Assembly: GCA_039096225.1 (NCBI GenBank)
Contig: JBBPEB010000023.1
Span: 434,001 to 498,000 of the forward strand
DNA: 64,000 nucleotides
Direction of reading: 5' to 3'
From: Blastocystis sp. Blastoise
Taxonomy: Eukaryota; Protista; Bigyra: Opalinata
Shown here: in pieces, positions 14,801 to 29,550 of the stretch
Layout: every line of letters starts with the position of its first letter
How positions within the stretch are numbered: position 1 is the first letter of the stretch
The notes under the pieces: generated by a model
Databases searched by the model: none
Told to the model about the DNA's origin: nothing
What the model saw: the letters and a program-made list of their open reading frames with translations, nothing else
Position numbers and translations under genes: made by a program

Positions 14801-17606
14801 TTCACCATGTATAAGTTGGTATAAATCATCACAAACACAATGTTTTTATCTAAATGGTAATCATGAATCTTATAATAAATATATATTTGAAATAAAAAAA
14901 ATTAAAGATATGAGTTTATCAAGAATGTCTTTAGGAGAAATATTTTTATATAGTGTTAATATTAATAATGAAAATATAAATCCTTTATCTTATCCTAATC
15001 CTAATATAGAAGGTTATAGAAATATAGAATTAGCTCCTAATATACCTGATTCTTATTATCATTCTTTTACTATTTCTCCTCCTCTTCCTAGTGGAATATC
15101 TATTGATCCTGCTTCTGGTTCTATATATGGTATACCTGAAGTTATTTCACAAACTACTATATATAATGTTACTGCATATAATCTTAGAAATGAAATTGTT
15201 TATACTTCTATTACTATTCGAATTCAAAATTGTTTTGATGAGAATACAACATTATTAACAGTTGAAATTAATGCTGGAAAACTTCCTTCTGGACAAAATT
15301 CATTTATTATTTATCTTAATGATTTAATAAAATATCAAGAGTCTTCTTTTTCTTCTCATTTTACTTCTATTTATAATTATTGTGTTGAATATGGACATTA
15401 TTCATTATTTATTAAAGGTAATAGTGAACATGGATGGAATGGAGCATTCTTAAAAATATATTATCATCATTATGTAGCTTTATTAAATAAACCTATTCAA
15501 TCTGTGAATATTAATAAATATTATTCATTACCTATTTTATATCGAAATATATTTTTCGCTAATTTATGTTATTATCAAATTAATAATAATAATACTATAG
15601 TTGATTTATCATGGACTACAGGTTCTTTAACTCCAGAATGGTCACATAGTATTATTGATATAGATACTATAAATTCAATTACTCAATATTATCGTTATTC
15701 ATTTAATATGAATAGATCTAAGAATTATAATGTATTTAGTTATTCTGTTGCTGTTAATACCGGATGTATTGTATATATAAATGGTATAGAAGTATATCGT
15801 TATAATTTACCAGAAAATAATGTAAATTCAACTACATTTGCTTATTCTATTTCAGATACTATTCAATATGTTGGAGGTAGTTTATCTACACTTGTAGGTC
15901 CTGTTGAATTTTATAATACTAGTAATATATTAGCTGTAGAAATTCATCAAGAATCAGAATATATGCATACACATATATTTAGTGTTAATGGTTTTTTTGT
16001 TGGTGATAATCAGACAATAAGTTGTTTATTTGAAATATCTAGTACAAATAATCAATATTCATCAACTCAACAAGTTACAAATTTATTTGATAATGATTTA
16101 GATACAAAATATTATAATAGTGAGACATGTCTTAATACATATATACAATGGACATTTGTATATCATCGAAAAGAGTATATAAATTATTATATTTTTTATT
16201 CTGCTGATGATTGTAATATACGTCATCCTTCTGGTTGGATTTTAGAAGCTTCTCATAATGATGGAAAATGGACAAGAATACATACAGCAAATAATAATAT
16301 ATTTACACAACCTAAACAAGGTATTGGATATACTATTGCTAATACTAATAGTTATGAAATGTATAAATTTAAGGCAACTGAATGTAATAATACAATGTTT
16401 TCTTCTTCTCAACAGGATGATCAATTATGTATAAATTCTTTTCAATGTTCTGAATTACATTTAGAAACACATTCAGTTAATAATATATGTCTAACAAATC
16501 AAGGATTTCCTGCTGTTTTTGAAAATGAATATTCTTATAAACCCTGTAATCAATATTTTACTGGAAATCAAAAACGATTCTGTTCTCATGGTAGTTTTGG
16601 AGATATTGATACATCTAATTGTATATTAAATCCACCTTCTATATTTTATTATAGTCAATCTAATATTGAATTAATATTATATTCAGAAATAATACCTATA
16701 GAACCTATTATAGATGCTACATCTTTAAAATATACTATAACTCCTTCTCTTCCTAATGGATTATTATTGAATAAACAAACAGGAATTATTTCTGGTACTC
16801 CTTCTAAACAAATTGAAGATACTTATTATAATATTACTTGTCAAAATACTAGTGGTTCTAAACAAACAAGTATACTTATTTCTATTTCTAAACCTGAACC
16901 TTGTTCTGCTGAAGATAATTGGGTAAGTACTCCTGTTTATAATACTGCTTATACTTTTTGTAATAATACAAAATTATATTATCAAAGTCGTTTTTGTAAT
17001 ATTAAAAATAGTAAAGGTAAATGGGATAAAATTAATAATGAATTATGTTTCTATGAATCATTTTCTGGCCAACCTTCTTCTGGTTATAATTATTATAAAT
17101 TTACATTATTAATAACAAATATAACAAATGATTTTACCGCTGAAAATTTATATAATATTCGATATTTATTATCCTCTAAATTAGAAAAATATTATATACC
17201 AAGTACTATGTTTGTAACAGATTCAATTTATCCTACTTTTTATAAAAATCAAGATTCTTTAGCTATTTCTTACACTATACTCGTTTCTTCTTCTTATACT
17301 CAAACAATAAGTGAGGTAATGCCTTATTATATAAATAATAATATGTATAAAGATCTTTATAATAGAGATACTACGTTTAAATGTAGAAATAGTGATTTAT
17401 ATCTTATAAATGAATCTATTGTATCTAATACAAGTATTCTTATAGTTATTATAGTTGTTATTGTAATTATTATCATTATTACAATTATTCTATTATCCTA
17501 TTATTTATATCATTTATTTAAACCTCGACATTTATTAAGAATGCATCGAAATAACCTTGAAAATTTACCCGAATCTCATCATCAATCTGTAGCTAAAGAA
17601 ATTTAA
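11897..17606 (+). CDS. Second giant modular surface protein, tandem paralogue of 3664-11076; 4 exons
   Basis: Signal-like start MILLYYMIFLMCSYNVMA. Three in-phase introns, then one exon of about 5.1 kb. Same motifs (VYINGIEVYRYNLP, RHPSGWILEASHND, SPPLPSGISIDPASGSIYG); TM ILIVIIVVIVIIIIITIILLSYYLY. Confidence 0.85.
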
Positions 17607-18801
17607 ACTGAACAAATAGCACGTATTTAATAATTATAAATAATTAATATTATTCTCTTCCTTTTCTTTTATTTTTTTGATATATAGTATTAGATTTATT
17701 CATATATGTTATATAATATATATAAAGTTATTATCGATATATCATGTTCTTCTTATAAATATGCTTTATCATATATATATATATATATTTCATTATCTCC
17801 ATTAAAACTTTTACAATGTTTCACTTTCTTCTTTTTTTTTATTCTTTTATTCTTTTATTGATAATTATATTAGTATATCTTTAGAATCATCAACATTAAA
17901 ATTCTTTCTTTTCATTTATTTATTAAAATCAATCCTATTTATATATATATATATACAAAATTATTTTCATCATCATGTTATATATATATATTTTCCCCTT
18001 TTCTTTTAATCGTATTATAATATATCTATATATATAAATTTATTTTTGTTAGTATTTCTATTCAATTATATCTACTTGTATATATAGATTTATATACAAC
18101 TTTTTAATTATTACTATTAAACAATTTTATATATATGTTTTCTTTTGCAATTTTCAAATATATTCTTTTCAAATAAGTTTTCTTTTTCTCATATAAATAT
18201 TTGTTGTTGTTGTTTTTTTTTGGATGCTTTTTTTTCCTTTGTTATCATTTATAGATTTATTTATTTCTTATTATCAAATTTACATGTATTATATATTAGT
18301 TTATTGTTAATAAAACAAATATATTCCTTATTCACTTTTTTAAAGTCTCTAGTCATATTTTAATGTTGGTCTATACACATTTTTAAAAATGTTTCTATAT
18401 TTAAAATATTTTTTAAATTTCAAATTTTTTTTAAATACAATTAAATTCACTTATTAGTTCTCTCTTTCGTAGTTAAAAAAAAATTTCATATGAACAAAAA
18501 CAGGTTTTGTAAACATACTTTGTGTATTTATTATATATAAAAACAGTATACTATATTCTTTTATCAAGCTAATTTTGAGAAACCTGGTAAAAAAAGATAC
18601 TTAACAGTTGTTTTTAATAATAGTATTTAGTAGTAAATATTATGCCTTCAATTAAATAAATATAAAAATCAAATATTAATATAATATATATGGGAATATG
18701 AAATAGTTCTAAAACAGAATAGTATGTTAATTGGAATAAAAAAATTAACAATTAAAAAAAAATCATAATAAAAAGTATTTAAAAATGCTACTATAAATAA
18801 A

Positions 18802-21372
18802 TTAATTGGTTAAATGAAGAAGGAAATCAATAATATTATTATTTCGAATAAGAGAAGTAGTAATAATAACAATATCAATAGATAGATTCTTTTTAATTTT
18901 ACGAATAAGTTTTAATTCCTTGAAAGTAAGTCCTCCTAATAAAACGATAAATAGTTTTGATTGTTTTTCACCAATTAATCCTTGTTTTTTAAGAGGAGAC
19001 AGAGGTATAGGATAATCAGAAGGAGGAGTAATAAGAAAAGGAAATAAATTATGATCTAAATAACCACATTGTAATTGCTGTAATATACTTGATAAACTAT
19101 TTGTCATTTGAATTGAATTATCATAAGATTGACGAGAATGTGGCATTATTGAACGATTATATCTTCTATATATAGGGTATTATTATTATTTTGTATTTAT
19201 ATTATATATAATAATTATTATATGTATTATTTTTATTAATAAATATATTATTAATATATACATAAGATTATCTAATGCTTTTATATATTGTTCATTTTTA
19301 AAATTACATCTTGATAAATATTTTGAATAGGTCTCATCATGAAATATAGTTACTATATTATGTTTAATGTAATATATATATATATATATAGGTATTTTAT
19401 TCAATTTTTAATATATATGATATATATATATATACTTTTATAACATAATATATATAACGCTAATAATTTCATTTTTTCGTCATCAGACATACTTATAGCA
19501 GATAAAAATAACTCCATCTTTTCATTTACCTATATATATATATTTAAATATATTATGTATAAGTCTTGTATATATACATATTTTTCATCAACAATATGAT
19601 CTTTATAATGATATAATAATGTTTTTTCTAATTCTATCAAATGAGGTAAATCAATATACTATATATATATATAGCATTTATGTATATATATGTATTATAT
19701 AAATATATATATATACTTCAACTATTCTTCTTAATGAATTTACAATAAATAAATGATTATCCGCATGTTCTCGTATTAATAAGGCATTCTCCAATTTACG
19801 TGACTATATATATATTATTATTATTATTATTATATTTTATAAATAATAGTATTCTATTTATCATTTATTAAATACTATAAATATATATATACCGTACTAT
19901 ATAAGGAGCGAACAGTAGAAGAACGTGAAGTAGCTACATTCATCGTTTGTTCACAAGCAACTAAACTATCACGAAGTTCTATTTCAGCATCTATTTATAT
20001 ACAAATCATGAAATATATTATATATAAAATACTATTAAAGAAGAATAACATTATTAATAAGCATAATATAATATAATAATAATATATATATACCCTCAAT
20101 TGTTTTATCTCTAATAGTACACCAAAGATCACTATGTGGATTAATAGAAGATTGTTCATCGATCCCTCCACATAAATAAGTATATATACTCTCTTTATAA
20201 GTACTGATACGACCATTGGGACTCACATATAAGAAATTGTTTATTAATGACTAAATAATTGATATACATAATATAAAAATCCTTTTATAATAATATTTAT
20301 AATAGGTAATTAATTTTATAATAATATTAAAATAATTTATAATAATATTTATAATAGGTAATTAATTTAATAATAATTAATAATAATTTAAAACACCATA
20401 ATTTCATATAGTGTAAATATATATATACTTCATAAGAATTATCATGTGTGAAGATACTTAATAAATCTCCTTTTCGTGATATAGAAAGAAATGTGGATCG
20501 ATATTCTATTTTCCTAGCACCATGGTACCTATATATATATTATTATTACTATTACTATTATTATATTGCCTTCATTATTTCTATTCAAATAATAATATAT
20601 ATTAATATATTGAATATATATATAAAATAATAATATATATACCAAAAATCAGCATCTTTTCGAACGTGATTATTTAATTCAAAATAAAATTTTCCAGTTA
20701 AATGTCCAGTTATAGGGAAAGAGAGATCGAAACGCAAATATGGATATTCATTTAAAGAAATAATAACAGATATCTATATAATAATATGAATAATATATAT
20801 ATATAAATATGTTATTACTAATTTCTTTATTAATAAACTAATAGCTTTTTCATGAAATTTGTTTGTTCTATCTAATAGAGGTCCTTCTATATCTTCCTAT
20901 ATATATGTAATATATATATATAACATATATATATAATAAATACTAATATATATACCATATTATTTAATAATATAATATCATCATTTATTGTTGTAAAATC
21001 ACCACCAAAAACAATTGGTGGTGTATATATATTCTTTAATAATGTGGAAGAAAACTTTATAATTATTATTATTAATAATAATAATATATATATATACCCA
21101 TTGTTTTCTTTCTTGAGAAGATGGTGAGAGAGTTATATATACAAATATATGCATATATCCTTTTTTTGTTTGTTTTAAATCATCTTTAAAACGATGATAA
21201 CTACTTATTCCATTCTATATATATGTATATATATATAATTATATATTTATATACTTCATAATAAACAGGATTAATAAAATAAATTGCAGTTTTTTCAGGA
21301 TATACACGTCTATTTGGAGATTCAAGCATCTATATATATATATTTAATCCTCATTATATATATATAATATTC

Positions 21373-21404
<32 letters not shown>

Positions 21405-24400
21405 CTTGTAATACATGAACATTTTTCTTTCTTAAATCTGATTTCGTTAATACACAAGTTAAACCATACATTGAAGGCTATATATACATATATAAGAAAT
21501 AATAATCATTTCAAATAAATCTTTAATATATATATATATATATATATATAATAATAATATCTCAAATAAATCTTTAATATATACATATATAAGAAATAAT
21601 AATAATCTCAAATAAATTTTTAATATATATATATATATATATACTCTATCTAGAATGAGTGTAATACTTTTACAATTATCGACGACGCATGCGTCAATCG
21701 CTTCTAAATATCGAGAACGAATAATAACAGAGAGTGGCATATAAAATGTTCTTTCTATATATAATAATAATAATAAATAGAAGAATAATAAAACAATAAT
21801 ACTTTGAATAAGATCAAATTCTGGATTAAAATATTGAATAGCACCTTCTGCAGAAAGACTATATATAATAATAATAATAATAATAACAAATATACATATT
21901 TTCAGTATTTTCAAATGTTTTTCTTTTACTTGTCATATTTATTATATCAAAAGCTTCTATATATATTAAGTATAATATACTTAATACATAGAATCATACT
22001 TTGAAGTTCTTTATCTTCTTCTTCTTTTATTATATTCTTATTTATTTGATCATTTTGAGCTTCTTTCTTACCCTCCTCTACTATATATATTAATAACAAT
22101 AATAATAACACAAGAATATAAAAAAAAACTTATATATACATATATATACATAAAATATTTTGAATCCCTTTACCTCCTTCTACTCCATTATTTTTATATA
22201 AAGAATCATGATTATTTTCAATTTGAGATTGTTCTTCTTTATTATTACATATTTGTTTATTATTCTGTGTATATATATTAGATGAATTCTCTTTGATTTG
22301 TATATTGGATATTGAATCATTATTGATTGTATTTCCGTGATTATTCTTATCTTTAGAGAGGTTATCTAATGAATATTTCTCATTTGAATCATCTAGAAGT
22401 GATTCATTATGATTATGATTAAAATATACCTGATTATTATTATTATTATTATTCATTTCTTTATCATCACCAATCTCTATATGAATATATTTATTATTAT
22501 GATTTCTATTTAATTTCATATCTTCATGATTCTTAGAATATTCAATTGGAATACTATTCGGTTTGGGAGAAGGAACAATAACATAATCATTTACTGTATT
22601 ATTATTCATATATTTATGAGCATCTTGTGATTTTAATAAACTATTCTTATTCTTCTTATTCTTTATCGAATTCTTATGAATATCTTCTATATATATTTCA
22701 TTATTAATAGACTCATTCTCATATGTTTTATCTAAACTTTGTTTTTTATATTCTTTTTCATTCTCTATATATTCATCATCTTCATATAATATTGAATCTA
22801 TATCTAGACCCATTGAAGATATATACTGTTTCTTATTATAAAATTGCTCTTTTTCTTTTATTTCATTTTCTTCTTGTTTTAATATATATTCATCATTAGT
22901 AGATATCACTTTTAAATCCTTATTTTGATTTATATCTGTAGAATAATGATTTAGATTATTATTATTATCCTCTTTAATATTTTTATTTCCTTTTAAATCA
23001 TTAGATTCAGAAATAGGTTCCAAAGGAACACAATTTGTTTCTCCTAATTTACATAAATTATATCGTTCACTTTTTGTTTTTAAAATAGGACGTTTTTTAA
23101 ATGTAAATAATGAAATAGTATCATATTCTAAAGGTAAGTGATTATCAATAGATATATTATTTGGAAGAAAAGAAGAAGAAGAAGAAATGCTTTTATTTGT
23201 TTGAAAAGGAATAGAAGAAGATATATTCTTATTTAATAAAGGAGAAGAAACAGTAGTAGTAGTAGAAGAAGATAGATTTGAGTCTATTAAAGAAGAAGAA
23301 GAAGAATTATAAGTAGATACATTCGAATCTACTATAGAAGGAGAGATTTCATTTATTTCTGAAGATTCATGAACAGAATCGTGATTCTTTGAAGATATAT
23401 TTGATGTTAATAAAGGGTTTATATAACTTGAATTTGGTAGAATAATAGATTTATTGGAATTATCTTGAGATAATGATAGATTGAGATTTGAATCTATATT
23501 TGTATTTATAGGATTGTTTAAAGAAGAAGATACAGGTTTTATAAGCGAATTTTGATCTATATTATTATTATTATCATTATGAATCTCATTATTATGATTA
23601 ATAGAAGAAGTATTAGTATTATTTATTACTGTTATTTCTTCATAATCATCATCAGAAGGAGATGTATATATATATGGAGATATAGTATGAGAATAATCAG
23701 GATTAGCATGTAATAATACATTAGATGAAGAGGAAGAAGATGATTGTGAAATAGTATTATGATTTGTAGGAATAGCAGTTGATGGAGATAGGAGTATATT
23801 ATTATTCGGATTCTGATTATGAATCATATCATATTTATTTGAAGAATGTATATTATTATTCTTTATATTTAAATAATCATTATTACCGACATAATAATAA
23901 GGTTTTGCATAATAATTATCTATATTATTATACATATATAGAGATTGAGGAGATACAGGAGTCGAAGGAGATGTTTGAATAATATGTAATGCATTGTTAT
24001 TGTTATTATTAATATTATTTATAGTAACATTAGAAGAAGAAGAAGGAGGAATAGAAGAAGAAGAATTAGGATTATTCACTAAACATGGGATAGTAACGTA
24101 GGAAGGTCAATTATGATATGATTATTATTAATAAATATATAACAATTATATTGATTAATTGAGTTATTATTTTTTTAAGGAGGTGAGGGATCCATAATAA
24201 GTAAATTAAAACAAATAATATAATATATAATATATATATAATAATTATATACTATCATAATGATTATGTTCCATGAGTAGATTTGGATCTGTAACGTTTC
24301 GAATACTTTCTTGTTTGATTGGCTGCTTTGAAACACTATTCGATTCATCAGCAAAAGTAGATATATCTAGATCAGAAAATATCTATAATACTTATGATTA

Positions 24401-25177
24401 CTTATATATACTTTTTTCATCTTCATTATATAAAATAGAATCTTCTTTTTCTTGAATTTCCTTACGATTATCAACTTTTTCTTCTTCGTTTTCCTTATTT
24501 CTTATCTTTTTATTCTTTATTTTCTTTTGTTTTTTACTTTTAATAAAATTATCATTTGATAATTCTATTTCTTTACTTGCAGATTGACGATATTTTATTT
24601 GCTTTTTCATTCTCTTCTTTAATTTATAATCATGGTATTTTTGTTTTATTCTTTGAATCCATCTTATCAACCAATTCTTCTTCTTATTATTATTATTATT
24701 CTTATTAAGTATATCCTTTGAATATTCTTGTTTTTCTATATTATTATTATCTTCATCAGAATTTAAAGACAAAGAAGATGATAAAACTGGATTCTTTTTA
24801 GATACTATATTTATACATAATAAAACTAATATATACATATATACACTTAAGTTTCTTAAATTCTTTTTGATCAACAACAATTTCATCATTATTCCCTTGG
24901 TTTTTCTTTATTTTTTTCTTATTATTGTTATATTTATGTTTATTATAGAGTAATCTATTCAATAAAACAGAATAATCAACAGAATCTATAAATAGAGTAG
25001 TATAGTCATTATAAATAATTCTTATTTTATTATATAGTTATAATAATATGAAGACTTTTTTATGTGTTATATATATATAATATTATATATATATATGTAC
25101 TATCCATTTCTATATATCCTATTCCTTGATTTTTCTTTAATTCATATAAAGAAGGTTCATATGTAAAATCATTAATT

Positions 25178-25239
<62 letters not shown>

Positions 25240-26372
25240 TGAAGATTCGAATTGTTTATTATAGGATCTCTTTAATGGTGATGTTATTTGAGGAGAAGAA
25301 GGAGATATATCTTCTTCTTCTACTGGAGTTAATACTATATATATATATAGAATATATAGAATATTATTTTTATAATATATTGAATATTATTTTTATAATA
25401 TATTGAATACTATTTTTATAATATATATATAATATTATTATAATTCTAATTATGTATAAAAAACAATAATTATTATAAAATATAGTTGAATACAATTCGA
25501 TGAGTTCGAAACAGATAATTGTTTATTTACAAATAAACTTGGAGAAGGAATATAATTATTTTTTGTACTTCTTTGTTTTCTATATTTTCGTTGTAATTCA
25601 GAAGCACTAAAAGAAGAATCATCTTCATTCATAGAATATCCAGGAGTACTACATATAGAATAATAATAGAAAATATTATATAATAATAATATAAAAAAAA
25701 AATATAATAATAATATTAAAAAGAATATATAATTATAACATTAAAAACAATAATTAATATAATAATAATAAAAAACAAATCATAATCATTACTCTCTATA
25801 TTCTATTTAAATAATAATAATTATCAACTATACCTTGAATAGTCATCATTTGGATTTGTAAAATCTGTTTCAATTGTCAGTTTTTTCTTCTTTCTATATT
25901 AAATATTAGTTAATACAGATATTTTTATACTATCAAATTAACAGTAAATACATTTTAGTTTGAGAAGAATGAGCTACTGGATACTTTAACGCATTAATTG
26001 TCGACATGATTTTCTCAGCCCAAAGAGATAAATCTTGACGACTTTCCGAACGAAGACATAATGTATCGTTTTTATCATTAAATATTCTTAAAGTGTAATA
26101 CTTATAATCATACCTAATAAAAAAATTAAAATATGAAGAAAATATTTATTTTTTTACTTATCTTTTACTGTAGAATAACTAGTTAGTTGAAATATCATTT
26201 TTGCATCTAAAACAGAGCTTCCTATTCTTCGTGAAGTAATTATTCCATCGGAATACAAAGTGATTGTTCTATACTCTCACAAAAATTGCATTGAAAATAT
26301 ATACCGTTTCTTCCACAGATGCGAAACATATCCGCGCTTCATTAAATCATTTTCATATACAACATAAGCCAT
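18802..26372 (-). CDS. PH domain + long Asn/Ser/Lys low-complexity linker + divergent Sec1/Munc18 (SM) domain; about 28 exons
   Basis: ATG at 26372. N-terminus LMKRGYVSHLWKKRTITLYSDG...LCLRSESRQDLSLWAEKI is PH-like. C-terminus TLILDR, RRVYPEKTAIYFINP, SLNEYPYLRF, DLLSIFTHDNSYE, DLWCTIRD, FIVLLGGLTFKEL...IITTSLI is Sec1-like. All introns were traced as in-phase GT-AG. Confidence 0.8.
21480..21642. repeat. Intronic tandem triplication (~55-60 bp unit containing AATAAT(C/A)TCTCAAATAAATCTTTAATATATA)
   Basis: Three degenerate copies visible. Confidence 0.75.
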
Positions 26373-26799
26373 GTTGTGTTTTTGATGTTGACTTTAAATT
26401 AAATATGAAAAGCCGTGTATAGTTGTTTTGATATTCTATTACTTTAAAATTAATACTTCGATAGTTGCTTACAAAAAAATCATTATTATTTTGAACACGC
26501 AATTGAATTTTGTTTATTTTATGCAGTTAAACAATAGTATTGACTGTCAAAATAAAGATATTATATTCTAGTGATAATATTGGATATTAGTTTTAGCATA
26601 AATAAACGATATATATGTTCATTCTTAAAATGAGGATAATTACAACAAGAAAACAAATAGTATTATAAAAAAAAAATCTTTCATCATAGATTAATTTGTG
26701 AAACACGCAAAAAAAGATGAAAAAAAAAAAAGCAATACATATATTATACAAAATAAAAAACAACATATATGTAGGTAGAATTTATGGAAACAATAAGAA

Positions 26800-29503
26800 T
26801 TATAAGTAAGCTCGAATAACAAACATGGATTTAATGCATATTATATGGTTATTTTCTGGATAGATTTTATCAAATAATTCACAGAATATAGGATACTCTT
26901 GGAATGGTGAATCTTCTTGTTTATAATGAAAAACCATCGATTCATGACTTCCTCTGTAAACAATGCATAAAGTTTCATTTCCTAACATTATTAATGCTCC
27001 AGGTTGAGTATATGTAAAGAATGAAGATTTTCTGGTATCATCAAGATTATAAAAATGAAATAATTGTTTTTCGCATTCATAAGTAAATAAGAAAACAGAA
27101 GTATCATAAATTATTTTATTTTCTGGTTCATGAATACACTCAGCAGTTGATTCCTTATTAGCCTTACACTCATAATCTATATGTATTATATATATATTAA
27201 AAAAATTTTTATATATTTTAAACACTATTAATATATATATATAGACTAAAAAAAACTATATACAATAATATTTTGGTTTACATTGTAAATGTTCTGTATA
27301 AAAGCCAAAATAGATTCCAGCATCTTTTTCATCTTTTTTTGTATGAAATATTAATATATATGGCAAACCATCATATATATAAGGTTGAATATCTGCAACT
27401 GGATTGTTTTCTTGTTCATTAATTCTATAAAAATAGTATAGGTAACTCTTAATAAATTAAATATATATTTATATATTTTTTCAAATATAAATTAAAGAAA
27501 AAAACAATAAATATTAAAAAAAAAATTAAAAAATAGAAAAATATTAACAATAATATTATTATACTCATGATAATATAATATAGACCAATTTGGCTCATAT
27601 TGATGTTCATTAATTCTTTTAATAATATCACATATAAAATAATGAGCATTATTTTTAGATAATATAGATGAAAAATCATCTCTGTTGTAATTAAAATTAG
27701 TTATATTATTCTTTGTATAGAGTGATATTCTTTCAAGAGAATTATTATGATTATCAGGTTCTTGAATAGTATAAGAAGGTTGTTCCGTCGATGTATATTG
27801 TGAATTAGAAGAATTATTATTATTATTTGAAGAAGTAGATGTATTTAAAAGAGATTTATTAGAGTTATTAAAAGAAGATTGTGAAGAGTAAAAAGACATT
27901 ATGGAAGGTTGTCGATCATGATTTGGAGAGAGAGGTATAGGAATAGAAGGAGTTGAATTTGCACGATCTATGTTAGTCATATTATTTGTATTAATTGAAT
28001 AAATAGTTGAGCCACTATAATTATTAGCAGTAGGAGTATTAATAGAAGGAATATTAGTAGGAGTATTAATAGTAGGAGTATTAATAGAAGGAATATTAGT
28101 AGGAATATTATTAGTAGAAGTATTATTGTTAGTAGGAATATTAATAGAAGGAATACTAAATGAAGGACTATTATTAGGCATATAACTAGTAGGAGTATTA
28201 TTATTAGACATATAGTTAGTAGGAATATTAGTAGAAGGAATATTAAAAGAATGATTATTATTAGGCATATAATTAGTAGGAGTATTAATAGAAGGAATAT
28301 TAGTAGGAGTATTATTATTGGGCATATTGTTAGGACGATTATAATTAGTAGGAGTATTATTAGTAGGAGTATTATTATTAGTAGGAATATTGTATATAGG
28401 ACTATAATTAGTAGGAATATTAAGATGAGTAAAACGATTAAGAGATATTTCAGAATGAGAATTTATGTGGTTTGATTGTGAACCTGCTATATTATTTTGA
28501 GTATTTATAGGTATACAACCAGTGGAAGATTGATTATATGTATCATACATACTAGAATTAGCAGGATTTCTATTATTATTTGCCTGCATAGATTGATTAG
28601 AAGATAATGATCGATTGGAATTGTCCATAGTATCATATAGACTCGTATTACTCATATTATTATTCATATTATAATTATAATTATTATTCATATAATTATT
28701 ATTCATATAATTATTATTCATATAATTATTATTCATATAATTATTATTCATATTATTATTATTCATATTATAATTATAATTATTATTCATATTATTATTA
28801 TTCATATTATTCATATTATTATTATTCATATTATAATAATCATTATTATTATTATTACTGTTTTGTTCACTATATCTATATATATAAATACTAAATACTA
28901 TATATGTAATATATATACGGTTTAATTAAGTATTTTGTTACTAGACATTCGTTTATATTAATTTTCTTATTATCCAACTTTTGTAATGGTCCTTTTGATA
29001 TTATATTAAGAGGATTACAATTCTTTATTTGTTCAATCTATAATAAAATAATACTTATTATTATTATATGAATTTATGTTTAGTTACATACAAATATTTT
29101 CTCTTCTTCAGATGTCGATTGTTGGCCATTATTTTTCTATATACATAAAACCTAAAAATGTATTTAAAAAAATATACATCATCATAATCATAAAAACTTT
29201 CGGTTATTTTTTTTTCTTTTTTAAACTGTTTTGAATATAAGTCATAATGTTTGTCTTTTTCCTAAAAATATATATATATAACAAGTATATATAATAAATA
29301 TATAGTATATATACATTTAATAATTTAAATAGAAGTTCTGATGGATACAGTCTGGCTGTATATAATTGTATACAATCTTCTATAATACTCTTTATACTGC
29401 TCAACAAATGCAATTTTTCAATATCCACTTTATCATCTCTTTTTTTTTCTTCACTAATTGCTTTTTCTAGAAAGGCCATATCTAATTGAAAATGTTCACT
29501 GGA

Positions 29504-29550
<47 letters not shown>

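Noticed and set aside
24369-24412. Apparent frame break in the PH-Sec1 gene at the first tatag acceptor
   Set aside because: The next acceptor (gatctag) restores phase with a 45-nt GT-AG intron.
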